Virus record (IMG/VR): IMGVR_UViG_3300027659_000033
Location: 1-63,887 of that record
Direction: 5' to 3' (one strand)
Origin: a virus
Lineage: Duplodnaviria > Caudoviricetes
Length of the DNA: 63,887 bases
Shown: positions 7,688 to 16,612 of the stretch, piece by piece
How positions within the stretch are numbered: position 1 is the first letter of the stretch
How the letters are laid out: every line of letters starts with the position of its first letter
The notes under the pieces: model-generated
Told to the model about the DNA's origin: nothing
The model's input: the letters and a program-made list of their open reading frames with translations, nothing else
Databases searched by the model: none
Translations under genes and position numbers: made by a program

Positions 7688-8359
7688 TTATTTAAATGTT
7701 GAAGTTTTTTCCAGAGCAATATAGTATTGAACTGGAATGATTTCGTTTTTCCAGTGGCTGATAAGCTTAGACGAAATATTCACCACATAGTCTCCTGGAA
7801 GCACTTTAAGATTATTAATCAAAAATTGCAGGTCAAAGGAGCCACGCTGAGAGTTATTTTCGTCTAGCACCACTGAAAATGTATTTGCTGAAGAGTTTTT
7901 GGGATCAACAACAGAAAGAGTAACGACACCATCTTCGCCTTGTAACGAAACAATCGAATGCCCAAGCACACCAGCGGCCTTGCGGACCTGAGTTAGGAGC
8001 TCGGAAGTAATGTTTACCGTCAGGTCGCCTTGCGGCATATTAATCTTATTTTTAGGACTCGTAAGAATACTCTGATCAGCAAAACGATAGGACGCGCGAG
8101 TACGGCCAGACTTAAATTGTACACTATCATTAGTAAATTCAAGGTCTGGGTCTTGTAGCAACGAGAACATCGAAATAAATTCATTTAGGTCATAGATGCC
8201 AAAATCAGTAGAAAATTGTTCTGTAATTTCTGCAATTGCCATAATATTCTTGGCTTCAGAAATTGTAGAGAGAGGTTCGCCGGTCTTTACGACAAGATTA
8301 GAATTAATGCCTGAAAAATTCTTTAGAATATCAATTGTTTGAGAGGATAGTTTAGTCAT
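7688..8359 (-). CDS. gp45: Sliding clamp
   Basis: MTKLSSQTIDILKNFSGINSNL, FGIYDLNEF, YYIALE. Confidence 0.96.
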   Translation of the reverse strand: MTKLSSQTIDILKNFSGINSNLVVKTGEPLSTISEAKNIMAIAEITEQFSTDFGIYDLNEFISMFSLLQDPDLEFTNDSVQFKSGRTRASYRFADQSILTSPKNKINMPQGDLTVNITSELLTQVRKAAGVLGHSIVSLQGEDGVVTLSVVDPKNSSANTFSVVLDENNSQRGSFDLQFLINNLKVLPGDYVVNISSKLISHWKNEIIPVQYYIALEKTSTFK

Positions 8360-8370
8360 AGTGTAAGTAT

Positions 8371-8399
8371 ATTATATATTAGAGAGGGGCGTTTGTAAA
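8371..8399 (-). promoter_or_regulatory. Early promoter for gp45
   Basis: GTTTACA-N17-TATAAT; ATG 11 nt downstream. Confidence 0.8.
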
Positions 8400-8404
8400 C
8401 ACAT

Positions 8405-8707
8405 TTATTTTTGTATTTGTAATTCATAGTAAAAAAGCATACAACAAGCTGCGTGAGCTGCGTGATGTAGTCCACTCTCAGGATCATGTGTTTCGCCCCT
8501 TTGTAGGGCCCACATATGTCGCTGAGCAGCTGCAAAATAACGATTCTTAGCATCGTCAAGTAATCTCCAGTTGTCTCGAGAATATTTAACAGACCCATAC
8601 GTGAGAACCTTTACAGTTTCTTCCAATGCATATGGAGGAATCAAACTATAATCTGGCTTATCGCCATCATATTTGATGCCTTTTGTTTTCTCGTGGTCGC
8701 GTATCAT
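8405..8707 (-). CDS. DUF5664-like (dATP/dGTP diphosphohydrolase N-domain) protein; start reassigned to 8707
   Basis: KYDGDKPDYSLIP, VLTYGSVKYSRDNW, DPESGLHHAAHAACC; the tracked 5' extension is a terminator hairpin. Confidence 0.8.
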   Translation of the reverse strand: MIRDHEKTKGIKYDGDKPDYSLIPPYALEETVKVLTYGSVKYSRDNWRLLDDAKNRYFAAAQRHMWALQRGETHDPESGLHHAAHAACCMLFYYELQIQK

Positions 8708-8749
8708 AAAGAAGAATGCAGGAGCACAGCATTTGCCATGCTCCTGCAT
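8708..8749 (-). terminator. Rho-independent terminator
   Basis: atgcaggagca-loop-tgctcctgcat followed by TCTTCTTT on the minus strand. Confidence 0.65.
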
Positions 8750-8759
8750 GTTTTAAGAA

Positions 8760-9017
8760 TTAGCCATTCTTACGTGGGGTGCCAAGACGATAGCGGTTAA
8801 TGCTTTCGCCCTTGCGGTTCTTGCGCGGGTTCAGGTAAATCGCAAGACCGTGGTCATTACGAAGCGAGCTGATGACACGACTTGGGTCAGCAATACCTGC
8901 CTTGCGGGCTTCCGATGCCGAAAACTCATGTCCTTGTTGAAGGAAAGCAAAAAGAGCTTCCTTTTGGGTCATGTTTTTAACGAGGCGGGCCAACTTGGTT
9001 GTTTCAATTTTAGTCAT
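8760..9017 (-). CDS. Small winged-HTH DNA-binding protein
   Basis: TQKEALFAFL..FSASEAR..GIADPSRVISSLR..YRLGTP. Confidence 0.65.
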   Translation of the reverse strand: MTKIETTKLARLVKNMTQKEALFAFLQQGHEFSASEARKAGIADPSRVISSLRNDHGLAIYLNPRKNRKGESINRYRLGTPRKNG

Positions 9018-9088
9018 ATTATATTCTATTTTGTTTATTCAGTTTTGGTCTATAGTTACAGTGTTTAGCGTAGACCAACCGCTAAAGT

Positions 9089-10249
9089 TTATAAAGTTTG
9101 TTCCACGTGTGGATCGCTGTCGATTTCAGCTTTGATTTGATTGCTATCAATTTTGGTGTAAAGATCGATAAATGCTTCGCGTGTTTCTTGCTCAAACCTG
9201 GCAACGCACATGCTAATTGCAACTAGGCGATCTCTAAAAATACTATAGGCCTTAACGATATGACACAGGCGGCGAGTCGAAATAAGTTCATCAACTCCCT
9301 CAGCATCATATGTCTTACGAATAACACTGCTCCAAGCAACAAGTTTGTCAGTAAATTCTGAGTCATCAATATTTAGTAATTCCATATGTTTGGCAATAAT
9401 ATTGCGCTCAACCTTAAATGGCGGATATGGCTGATCAATCGTGGCAACAAACCGTTCAATAAATGCTTCATCAATAATGTTTGCAGCGCTATACCGACCA
9501 TCGTCTGATCCCCGGCCCTTAGTGTTTGCGGTAGCAATCACATTAAACCCTTGGGCCGGGGAGATGACCTGACCAATCTTTTTGATCAAGACTGGTTTTC
9601 CTTCTAGGACTCCCTGGAGACACATAATCTTATTGCTACCGCGATCCAACTCATCGATCAATAAGATACAGCCACGTTCCATGGCTTTAATTACAGGACC
9701 TTTTTGGAAAACGGTTTCGCCGTTAATTAGGCGAAAGCCACCAATAAGGTCGTCTTCATCAGTCTCAGGGGAGATTTGTACTCGAATATACTCACGCTTA
9801 AGTCGGGCGCAAGCTTGTTCTACCATCATGGTTTTACCATTACCGGACATTCCAGAAATATACAGCGGGAAAAACATTCCAGACTCAATAATGCGCTGAA
9901 TGTTTTTATATTCACCCCACTTTACAAACGTGTGATCTACATTTGGGACATACACATCATCGTTCGAGATTGACGAAACTGAGCACGCTAGATTTAGTTT
10001 AGACTCAGTCACCGCCTCGGTAAAGACTGGGCGGCGGGGTGGCAGATCTGCCGAGGAAGATAGTTGAGACACATCAAATTTTCCGCGACCAACCTTGATA
10101 CCCCTTACAATAAAGGTATCGTTAATCTCTCTAAACTTGAGGCCGTGATTTCGGCCAACTTCAAAGATTGTCTTTGAGCTCACACTTTTAGGGGTGTGAT
10201 TAGTTAGTAGGTCATTTAAGGCAGCTTGTGCTTTGATTTGGTCAATCAT
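9089..10249 (-). CDS. MoxR/CobS-like AAA+ ATPase
   Basis: GMSGNGKT, LLIDELD, ATANTKGRG, ISTRRL. Confidence 0.9.
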   Translation of the reverse strand: MIDQIKAQAALNDLLTNHTPKSVSSKTIFEVGRNHGLKFREINDTFIVRGIKVGRGKFDVSQLSSSADLPPRRPVFTEAVTESKLNLACSVSSISNDDVYVPNVDHTFVKWGEYKNIQRIIESGMFFPLYISGMSGNGKTMMVEQACARLKREYIRVQISPETDEDDLIGGFRLINGETVFQKGPVIKAMERGCILLIDELDRGSNKIMCLQGVLEGKPVLIKKIGQVISPAQGFNVIATANTKGRGSDDGRYSAANIIDEAFIERFVATIDQPYPPFKVERNIIAKHMELLNIDDSEFTDKLVAWSSVIRKTYDAEGVDELISTRRLCHIVKAYSIFRDRLVAISMCVARFEQETREAFIDLYTKIDSNQIKAEIDSDPHVEQTL

Positions 10250-10280
10250 ATTGTTTACGGTTAGTATTGCTTACAGGCTT

Positions 10281-10309
10281 ATTATAAGCTAAATTCTGAG
10301 GTTTGTACA
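10281..10309 (-). promoter_or_regulatory. Early promoter for the AAA ATPase
   Basis: TGTACA-N17-TATAAT. Confidence 0.75.
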
Positions 10310-10345
10310 TAAGAAAGTGATAAAAAATTCACTTTTTTTTACGTT

Positions 10346-12559
10346 TTATGCGATAAATTCAGCGAATTTGTTCAAAAACACGCGAGAAACCTTCTTTTCA
10401 GTGTTAAATTTGGTAAAATCGCGGGCAAGTTTATTTTGAGAGGAACTTTCGGCCAGGTTCTTTCCAAAGCCGTCACTCATAAATTCCTCTTCCTCGCTAA
10501 TGTCTAGGTTATTTTTTGAATCAAATACAAAATAGATGTCATAATTAAATCCACCAACGATTGGCAAACATTTTTCTTTTTTTGCTGTCTTTTGCATAGA
10601 ATTAAACGCATTGACTGCTTCACCCCAACCCATAAGTTGTTTTTTGGTGTACATTAATGCGTTAATACAGCTGTTCTTGTAGTCAGATCTATAGTTAGCA
10701 ATAAAGAATCCAATTACAGTGGTATCACAGCTAGTTTTTAAATTTTGAATGAGTGCAGCATAAATGTCGCGCTCTTTGCGATTAAATTTAATATTTGTTC
10801 CAAAGACCGGAACCGTGACTCCACAGTTCCATTTATTTTCAGGGTCACGTTCAAACTCTTTTGCAGTTTCGTTTGTATGAAATTGTACGCCGCAACCATC
10901 TCCATCAGTTAGGAAAATCGTATTCATTTTTTGAACATTATGTCGTGCTTTAAACCGCCGTACAATTTCATGTGCGATGATGATAGTTTCATTAAGTGGG
11001 GTGCCATTCATAATCTCGTACTTGCCGCCAAGTGCCATCATAGGAGAAGAATAGTCAGTGCGGAGGTATGAGAATTGAGCTTTAAGTTCTCGGCAAGCAA
11101 GTTCAAAATCAGTTTTTTTCATTGCCGAATTTAGCAACTCGAACACGCTGGTATTTGAAAAATTAATGCTACGGCCTGGAGCTAATGCTACGCTTTCATG
11201 AACCTCTCCATATGTAGAATAAGATGAAGTAAATCCATAGACCTCAAACGGAATTCCAACTGCTTTACAAAAGGCTACGAGTTGAAGAGTTTGATTGGCT
11301 ACCATACTAATAGTTCCCGACATTGAACCAGAATAGTCAATAAAGAAAACCATTCCATGGTTTTTAGCGTCTGCAAGGCGAGTGACACTTTTAAAGATCT
11401 GATCTTCAAACTTATAAGAGTGCAATCGATTCACGTCAATCGTTCCAGTGGTTGACCGGGCAGCGCGGGAATATTGATAAGCTGCTTTCCGGCGTTCAAA
11501 TTCCTTTATTAGTGTCGCAATGTGACATTTGGTTGTTGACTTAAACGCATTCCAATCAGCAACCACATCAGGACATGTCATGACTCGGTTATAACGAACC
11601 AAGTCAACTCTACGCTCCAACATAATCTCTTTAATTGGAACAACTCGCGACATCATATATTCAATATTCGGAGGATTGGCGAGATGCGACGTTATTGTTT
11701 CATCTTGCAAATTTTTGATATTTTCCTCAGCGGCACTTAAAGTTTTTGAGCGTAACTCTTCAGTAAGAGCGGGATACTCGTCCTTTTCTGTGTCGTCATT
11801 CGATTCATCATCTGCACTGTGTTGAGAGTGATCACTCAAGGAATTCGATTCTTTAGGTTTAGACTTGTCATCCGCAGATTTACCTTCGTCAGACTCGTCT
11901 TCTATGTCACCTTCATCAGACTCGTCGTTAGACTCGTCGTTAGAGGGCATTGACTGCTCACTGTCAATGCCAGATTGCTGTGAGTTGTCTTTCTTTTCGT
12001 CCTTAATCATCTCAATGATGTCTTTACAAATTTCCAAAACCTCATCATAAGTTTCAGCGGAGACACACCGGTCGTATATAACAGTCTCATCTTCGTTAAG
12101 AGGAATATTTGTGATATTTCCAATTTTAGCACGAAGGTTAAGACGATCAACAAACTTTAAAGTGGAAACGTCCTTATTAGCAATTTCAAAAAGGTCTGTC
12201 TGAATAAAATGCTTATATCCTTCCTTAAAGGAGAAAACGAGACCTGGATAATTTTTGCGAATCAAACGTTCAATACGAACATCCTCAACAATATTCGCAA
12301 TATCAAATGGGATATTAGGGAACATTTCCTGGAATCGAGTAATTGCATCTTCTGGAGTGTATAGAGCATGTCCAACCTCGTGACCAATTAACAAGTCGGA
12401 AACATTCTTGTTATCAGTGTTCCACAACGGCAAACCCAAAATCCGGTTCTTAACGTCGAAGAATGCAGTATGATAGTTTCCAATGCTTACTTGAATATTT
12501 TCCTTGGCCAGCAACTTTGCTAGCTTTGTTTGAGATTCACGATTAACGGTGGCAGTCAT
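10346..12559 (-). CDS. CobT-like protein: HExxH N-domain, acidic linker, vWA (MIDAS) domain
   Basis: HEVGHAL, NIVEDVRIE, IDYSGSM, GTPLNE, FLTDGD. Confidence 0.88.
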   Translation of the reverse strand: MTATVNRESQTKLAKLLAKENIQVSIGNYHTAFFDVKNRILGLPLWNTDNKNVSDLLIGHEVGHALYTPEDAITRFQEMFPNIPFDIANIVEDVRIERLIRKNYPGLVFSFKEGYKHFIQTDLFEIANKDVSTLKFVDRLNLRAKIGNITNIPLNEDETVIYDRCVSAETYDEVLEICKDIIEMIKDEKKDNSQQSGIDSEQSMPSNDESNDESDEGDIEDESDEGKSADDKSKPKESNSLSDHSQHSADDESNDDTEKDEYPALTEELRSKTLSAAEENIKNLQDETITSHLANPPNIEYMMSRVVPIKEIMLERRVDLVRYNRVMTCPDVVADWNAFKSTTKCHIATLIKEFERRKAAYQYSRAARSTTGTIDVNRLHSYKFEDQIFKSVTRLADAKNHGMVFFIDYSGSMSGTISMVANQTLQLVAFCKAVGIPFEVYGFTSSYSTYGEVHESVALAPGRSINFSNTSVFELLNSAMKKTDFELACRELKAQFSYLRTDYSSPMMALGGKYEIMNGTPLNETIIIAHEIVRRFKARHNVQKMNTIFLTDGDGCGVQFHTNETAKEFERDPENKWNCGVTVPVFGTNIKFNRKERDIYAALIQNLKTSCDTTVIGFFIANYRSDYKNSCINALMYTKKQLMGWGEAVNAFNSMQKTAKKEKCLPIVGGFNYDIYFVFDSKNNLDISEEEEFMSDGFGKNLAESSSQNKLARDFTKFNTEKKVSRVFLNKFAEFIA

Positions 12560-12568
12560 TATGAATCT

Positions 12569-12597
12569 ATTATAGCAAGAAAACCTGCTAATGTAAA
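12569..12597 (-). promoter_or_regulatory. Early promoter for the vWA gene
   Basis: TTTACA-N17-TATAAT with TG extension; ATG 9 nt downstream. Confidence 0.8.
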
Positions 12598-12664
12598 TAA
12601 AAAAATGACGATTTGTGAAAAAAAGTGAGAAAAGTAAGCCACCAAAGGGGTCGGGAGTGGCAAT

Positions 12665-14386
12665 TTAAGCCATTTCTTTAATACGTGTGAAGTTTTTCAC
12701 CTTTTCAAACTCAATTTTTTGTTCAAACTTGCCTTCTAGTAAATCCTGCTTATGGCTAATCACGAATATGCGCGTGTCAGAATCCAGCGTATTCATAATC
12801 TTAAGCAGATTATCAATGCCGTCAGAGTCAAGACTTGCGTCAAATACCTCGTCGAGTATAAGCAGGTTTGTGTTGCTGCTGTTTTTCATCTTCGCGACCT
12901 GTCTCCATGCGAAGAGTAGACTCAAATCAATCCGCTGTTTTTCTCCTTCGCTAAAAGAGCTGTATGAAAAATCATCGCGGTGTCGTGAGCGTATTATCTC
13001 AGTAAAATTCTCGTCAAGGGTAAACGAAACAAAAAAGTCTAAAATCTGCAGGTAATGATTTATGAGTTTATTCATAATTGGCAGATATTGACGAATAATT
13101 TTAGTTTTTATTCCTGTGTCCTTTAGTAACTCGGCGAGAATCTCATTGTACATTCTCTCTTCAAGTTGCAATGACTTTAATTCTTGAAAGGTCTCTCTTT
13201 CGTTAAGCAGAGTGTCAAGAGAAGACTGAGCGCCAGAGACTTCTAATGTTTCATAATGTGTGTTCATCAGTGTGGTCAAATCGTTGATTCGCTTTTCAAG
13301 CCCACTAACTAGATTCTGGTTGCTGTGTATCTTATTATGAATGCTATTCAGTCTTTTTAACTCAGACGTCACCTCTTGTATCGAGTCTCCAGTTTGGGTT
13401 AATGACTCCTTAAGCTTGTCATACCCAGAACTTAATTCTTGAGCGCTGTGTTTGCACTTAGCAATCTTATGCTCACGAAGGTCCGAATCTATGTTTTGGT
13501 TGCATGTTGGGCACTCAGTGTTATTTTCATAAAACTGAGAGTCAGAAACAATTTTCTTAATATTGTCCTTTATTTGCCTCTCGTAAGACAGCAGCGAAGC
13601 CTTTGTCTTTTCATGGCGTCCTAATTGGCTTTGAGTCTTGCCATACGCCTCGCTATACTCCGCGCTTAAAGATAAATTTTCAGTTTCCATATTAGAAATA
13701 TCACCGCGCAGACTCTCTATCTCATCAGAATATTTTGCAGCGTTGCTTTCATTTAACTGTTGTAAATGCAAAATATGTTTTTTCTGCAAATCAACTTTTT
13801 CTTTTAAGGTGAAGAGTTGATTTTCGGTGTCCTTTATGCCATCCTTAAGTTTTGCTGAATTTTCCTTTAGCACTGAGTTCATTTTGCTAAACACACCAAT
13901 GTCCAATAGATCCTCAATAACTTCACGCCGATGATGTGTACTAAGTTGCATAAATGGAATAAAGTTACTACTACCAAGCACGACAACCTGATGGAAACTC
14001 TTATGATTTAATTTTAAGATATTAGTCTCTAGTAGTTTTTGATAGTCACGTGAATGTGACTCCTGATTAACAAGTATTCCGTTTTGCCAAATTTCAAAAA
14101 TGTTCGGTTTAAGGCCGCGGACAATCTTATACAGTGACGACCCAAGTTTAAACTCAACAGTTACAAGGCAGTTTTTGCCATTAATACTATTAACAAGTTG
14201 CGGCTTATTGATGTTACGATGTGGCTTGCCGAAGAGCACAAATGAAAGGGCGTCTAGTATAAGCGACTTTCCAGAGCCATTATGACCTACAATTAATGTA
14301 GAGCGTGCATCATCTAAATTTATCGTAATGTCGTTGTCTCCAACACTTAAAAAATTACGATAGGTTAAAGAGGTAAAAATAATCAT
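12665..14386 (-). CDS. gp46: Recombination ATPase, Rad50/SbcC-like
   Basis: GHNGSGKS, CPTC zinc hook, FSEGEKQRIDL, LILDEVFD. Confidence 0.96.
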   Translation of the reverse strand: MIIFTSLTYRNFLSVGDNDITINLDDARSTLIVGHNGSGKSLILDALSFVLFGKPHRNINKPQLVNSINGKNCLVTVEFKLGSSLYKIVRGLKPNIFEIWQNGILVNQESHSRDYQKLLETNILKLNHKSFHQVVVLGSSNFIPFMQLSTHHRREVIEDLLDIGVFSKMNSVLKENSAKLKDGIKDTENQLFTLKEKVDLQKKHILHLQQLNESNAAKYSDEIESLRGDISNMETENLSLSAEYSEAYGKTQSQLGRHEKTKASLLSYERQIKDNIKKIVSDSQFYENNTECPTCNQNIDSDLREHKIAKCKHSAQELSSGYDKLKESLTQTGDSIQEVTSELKRLNSIHNKIHSNQNLVSGLEKRINDLTTLMNTHYETLEVSGAQSSLDTLLNERETFQELKSLQLEERMYNEILAELLKDTGIKTKIIRQYLPIMNKLINHYLQILDFFVSFTLDENFTEIIRSRHRDDFSYSSFSEGEKQRIDLSLLFAWRQVAKMKNSSNTNLLILDEVFDASLDSDGIDNLLKIMNTLDSDTRIFVISHKQDLLEGKFEQKIEFEKVKNFTRIKEMA

Positions 14387-15447
14387 ATTCCGTCAATTAA
14401 TTGAGATTCAAGGTACAGTTCTTGAAGTTTAGTTTTTATGCGCGTTTTGTCAAGATCAGTTTCAATTGCATCAACATAACTGTTTAAGAGTGAAGGAGTA
14501 TCGGACACTTCAATACAGTCATCATCTATAGAGTCAGCTGAATATTCAACAAATGACTCAACGATCTTTAAGTCAAATGGCTCAGCCGCATTTATAGCAT
14601 CAATATATTTGTCAAACGCGTATGGATCCTTTTTTGATGTTACTACTACCTTTATATATGTCCCGGTAATATCCGTTGCATTTGCGTAGGGCACTGGGCC
14701 CGATGAGTCATCATAGGTTAGTCTTTTAAAGAGTGAAAGAGGATTACGTATTGGAACAAGTTCGCGATTAGATGTATCCAAGACGTGAAAATATTTAGGA
14801 TCATTGCAGTCTGCCCAAGTAATCTCATATGGCACACCAAGATAATGAATGTTACCGCTACTGCTCTTTGTATGATAGTGACCAGAGAGTACCATCTCAT
14901 ACCGAGAAAATAAATCTGCTGACATTCCATGACTAACTGCTGGGGCACCCTTCATCATTTCAAACCCAGCAAGTTCTAGGTGGGCTCCAATTATAGGAGC
15001 ATTTGCCTTTTCAATAAAGGCGCAAGACTCTGCATAATTTTCAACCGTAATCCATGGCAGCAGTGCAACCGCCAAGCCATCATAATCACGTACTGTAGGA
15101 GACATAATTACGTTTACATGCTTGCTATGATACTGTAAAAGCTCAGTCAAGCTACACAGCGAGTTTGTATTTCTAAAAAAGGTATCATGGTTACCAGGAA
15201 TAATATCCATAGTCATGCCATACTCTTCAAGCTTTTCAAGAAACATTGCACGGTTACGAGCAAGTACTTTAAAGTTAAGATATTTGCGATGATCAAAATA
15301 GTCACCAAGATGAAGTATTTGAGTAATGCCTTCTGCTAAGCAATGCGGGAAAAAGATTTCCGAATAGAACCGCTCAGTATAGTCTATAAAAACATCACTA
15401 CCGTTTTTAACACCCGTGTGGGTATCAGTGAGAATTGCAATTTTCAT
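14383..15447 (-). CDS. gp47: Recombination nuclease, Mre11/SbcD-like
   Basis: DTHTG, HLGDYFD, GNHD, SGHYH. Confidence 0.96.
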   Translation of the reverse strand: MKIAILTDTHTGVKNGSDVFIDYTERFYSEIFFPHCLAEGITQILHLGDYFDHRKYLNFKVLARNRAMFLEKLEEYGMTMDIIPGNHDTFFRNTNSLCSLTELLQYHSKHVNVIMSPTVRDYDGLAVALLPWITVENYAESCAFIEKANAPIIGAHLELAGFEMMKGAPAVSHGMSADLFSRYEMVLSGHYHTKSSSGNIHYLGVPYEITWADCNDPKYFHVLDTSNRELVPIRNPLSLFKRLTYDDSSGPVPYANATDITGTYIKVVVTSKKDPYAFDKYIDAINAAEPFDLKIVESFVEYSADSIDDDCIEVSDTPSLLNSYVDAIETDLDKTRIKTKLQELYLESQLIDGI

Positions 15448-16055
15448 TGTATAAAGTTATCGAGGGCACCAACCTTTTCAGATTGGATTTTAGCCTTTTT
15501 CTTAGCACGTGGTTTTTCAACCACTTCAACAGATTCAACCAACTCATTGCTTTCTTTATAAAAGGCATCGTTACGTTGACGCATCTTTTCGATAAGCGAC
15601 TCTCCATAGTCAGAGCCATCTTCAAACTCTGCAAAGTTTCCAATTCCACCGCTCTCAATTAGCAGCTGTTTAATATTAGTCTGTTTCTTTTCTTTTGCTA
15701 TACGTCGTAAAAATGCATACCAAGAGATTTGGGTAAAATATGAAAACGCATTTGGAGTACCAGTCCGGGTTGGTTTATTAATGTCGTAATTCATAATAGC
15801 CTTGATGCAATTTTCAACTGCATCCATAACCATATCTTCACGATAACTGTAATTTACAAAGTTACCACTACGAGACAACCCGTTCGTGATTTTCATAAAA
15901 CATTCACCAATATAATTGGTAATTTGTCGAGGTTCTCTGCCCTCATCCTTGTCGAGATTTACAGCACTCACATATTCGACGACCGCTGCAGAAAACTCTT
16001 TATTATTAACATAGTCATCACCGCGTGACCGTCGCTTTTGCTTTTCAGGTTTCAT
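15444..16055 (-). CDS. gp55: Late-transcription sigma factor
   Basis: YVNNKEF, YIGECFMKI, NFVNYSYREDMVMDAVENC, NAFSYFTQI..AFLRRIAKEKKQ. Confidence 0.95.
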   Translation of the reverse strand: MKPEKQKRRSRGDDYVNNKEFSAAVVEYVSAVNLDKDEGREPRQITNYIGECFMKITNGLSRSGNFVNYSYREDMVMDAVENCIKAIMNYDINKPTRTGTPNAFSYFTQISWYAFLRRIAKEKKQTNIKQLLIESGGIGNFAEFEDGSDYGESLIEKMRQRNDAFYKESNELVESVEVVEKPRAKKKAKIQSEKVGALDNFIQ

Positions 16056-16061
16056 AACTTC

Positions 16062-16089
16062 ATTATATATTGTTTTTCAAAAATGTAAA
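16062..16089 (-). promoter_or_regulatory. Early promoter for gp55
   Basis: GTTTACA-N16-TATAAT; ATG 6 nt downstream. Confidence 0.7.
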
Positions 16090-16119
16090 CACTTTTTTAT
16101 ATCTATGTGAATTTTCTAG

Positions 16120-16148
16120 TGTACATAGTTTATAGAATAGGGTATAAT
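16120..16148 (+). promoter_or_regulatory. Plus-strand early-type promoter with no downstream gene (antisense)
   Basis: TGTACA-N17-TATAAT, the same consensus as the other early promoters. Confidence 0.6.
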
Positions 16149-16171
16149 AATCTATGATTGTTTGATAGACA

Positions 16172-16612
16172 TCATACAGTCTTCCAACGATCTAAGAAGA
16201 TATTCCATAAATCAGTGTCTGATACCAATGAATCTGGTGGATCAATATTAGGTGAGGGATAACTTAAGTCTTCTGATTCTTCTGTAGATGATTCTGACAT
16301 TAGCTGTATTAGTCTTTGATATACTAGAGCCTCTGCATATTTCCTCTTAGTGACATCAGATGTGTCTGATTCTGTTTCAATGCTACGATCATAGACAATA
16401 CAATTCTCAGTGGTGTTGCCTGCCAACATTGGTAACATTATTTCGCTATACTCTCCAGACTTTAATACTACCTTTCTAATCTCTAATGGACAATTTAACT
16501 GTATGCCTTCTTCATACTCATGCACAACCTCTCCTATAAGTGCTTTGCCGCTCGACAGCGTAAAGACTCTTATGTCCAAGTCCTTTAACTTTAGATACAA
16601 CCCATCAATCAT
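16172..16612 (-). CDS. Hypothetical protein (Sm-like start) between uvsW and gp55
   Basis: IRVFTLSSGKALIGEV; ATGA-type overlap with uvsW. Confidence 0.7.
   Translation of the reverse strand: MIDGLYLKLKDLDIRVFTLSSGKALIGEVVHEYEEGIQLNCPLEIRKVVLKSGEYSEIMLPMLAGNTTENCIVYDRSIETESDTSDVTKRKYAEALVYQRLIQLMSESSTEESEDLSYPSPNIDPPDSLVSDTDLWNIFLDRWKTV

Noticed and set aside
8708-8749. N-terminal extension MQEHGKCCAPAFFF
   Set aside because: Coincides with a terminator hairpin; the family-like sequence starts at 8707
9064-9086. tttagcg...cgctaaa hairpin after the AAA gene
   Set aside because: Short stem without a U-tract; cannot assign a function
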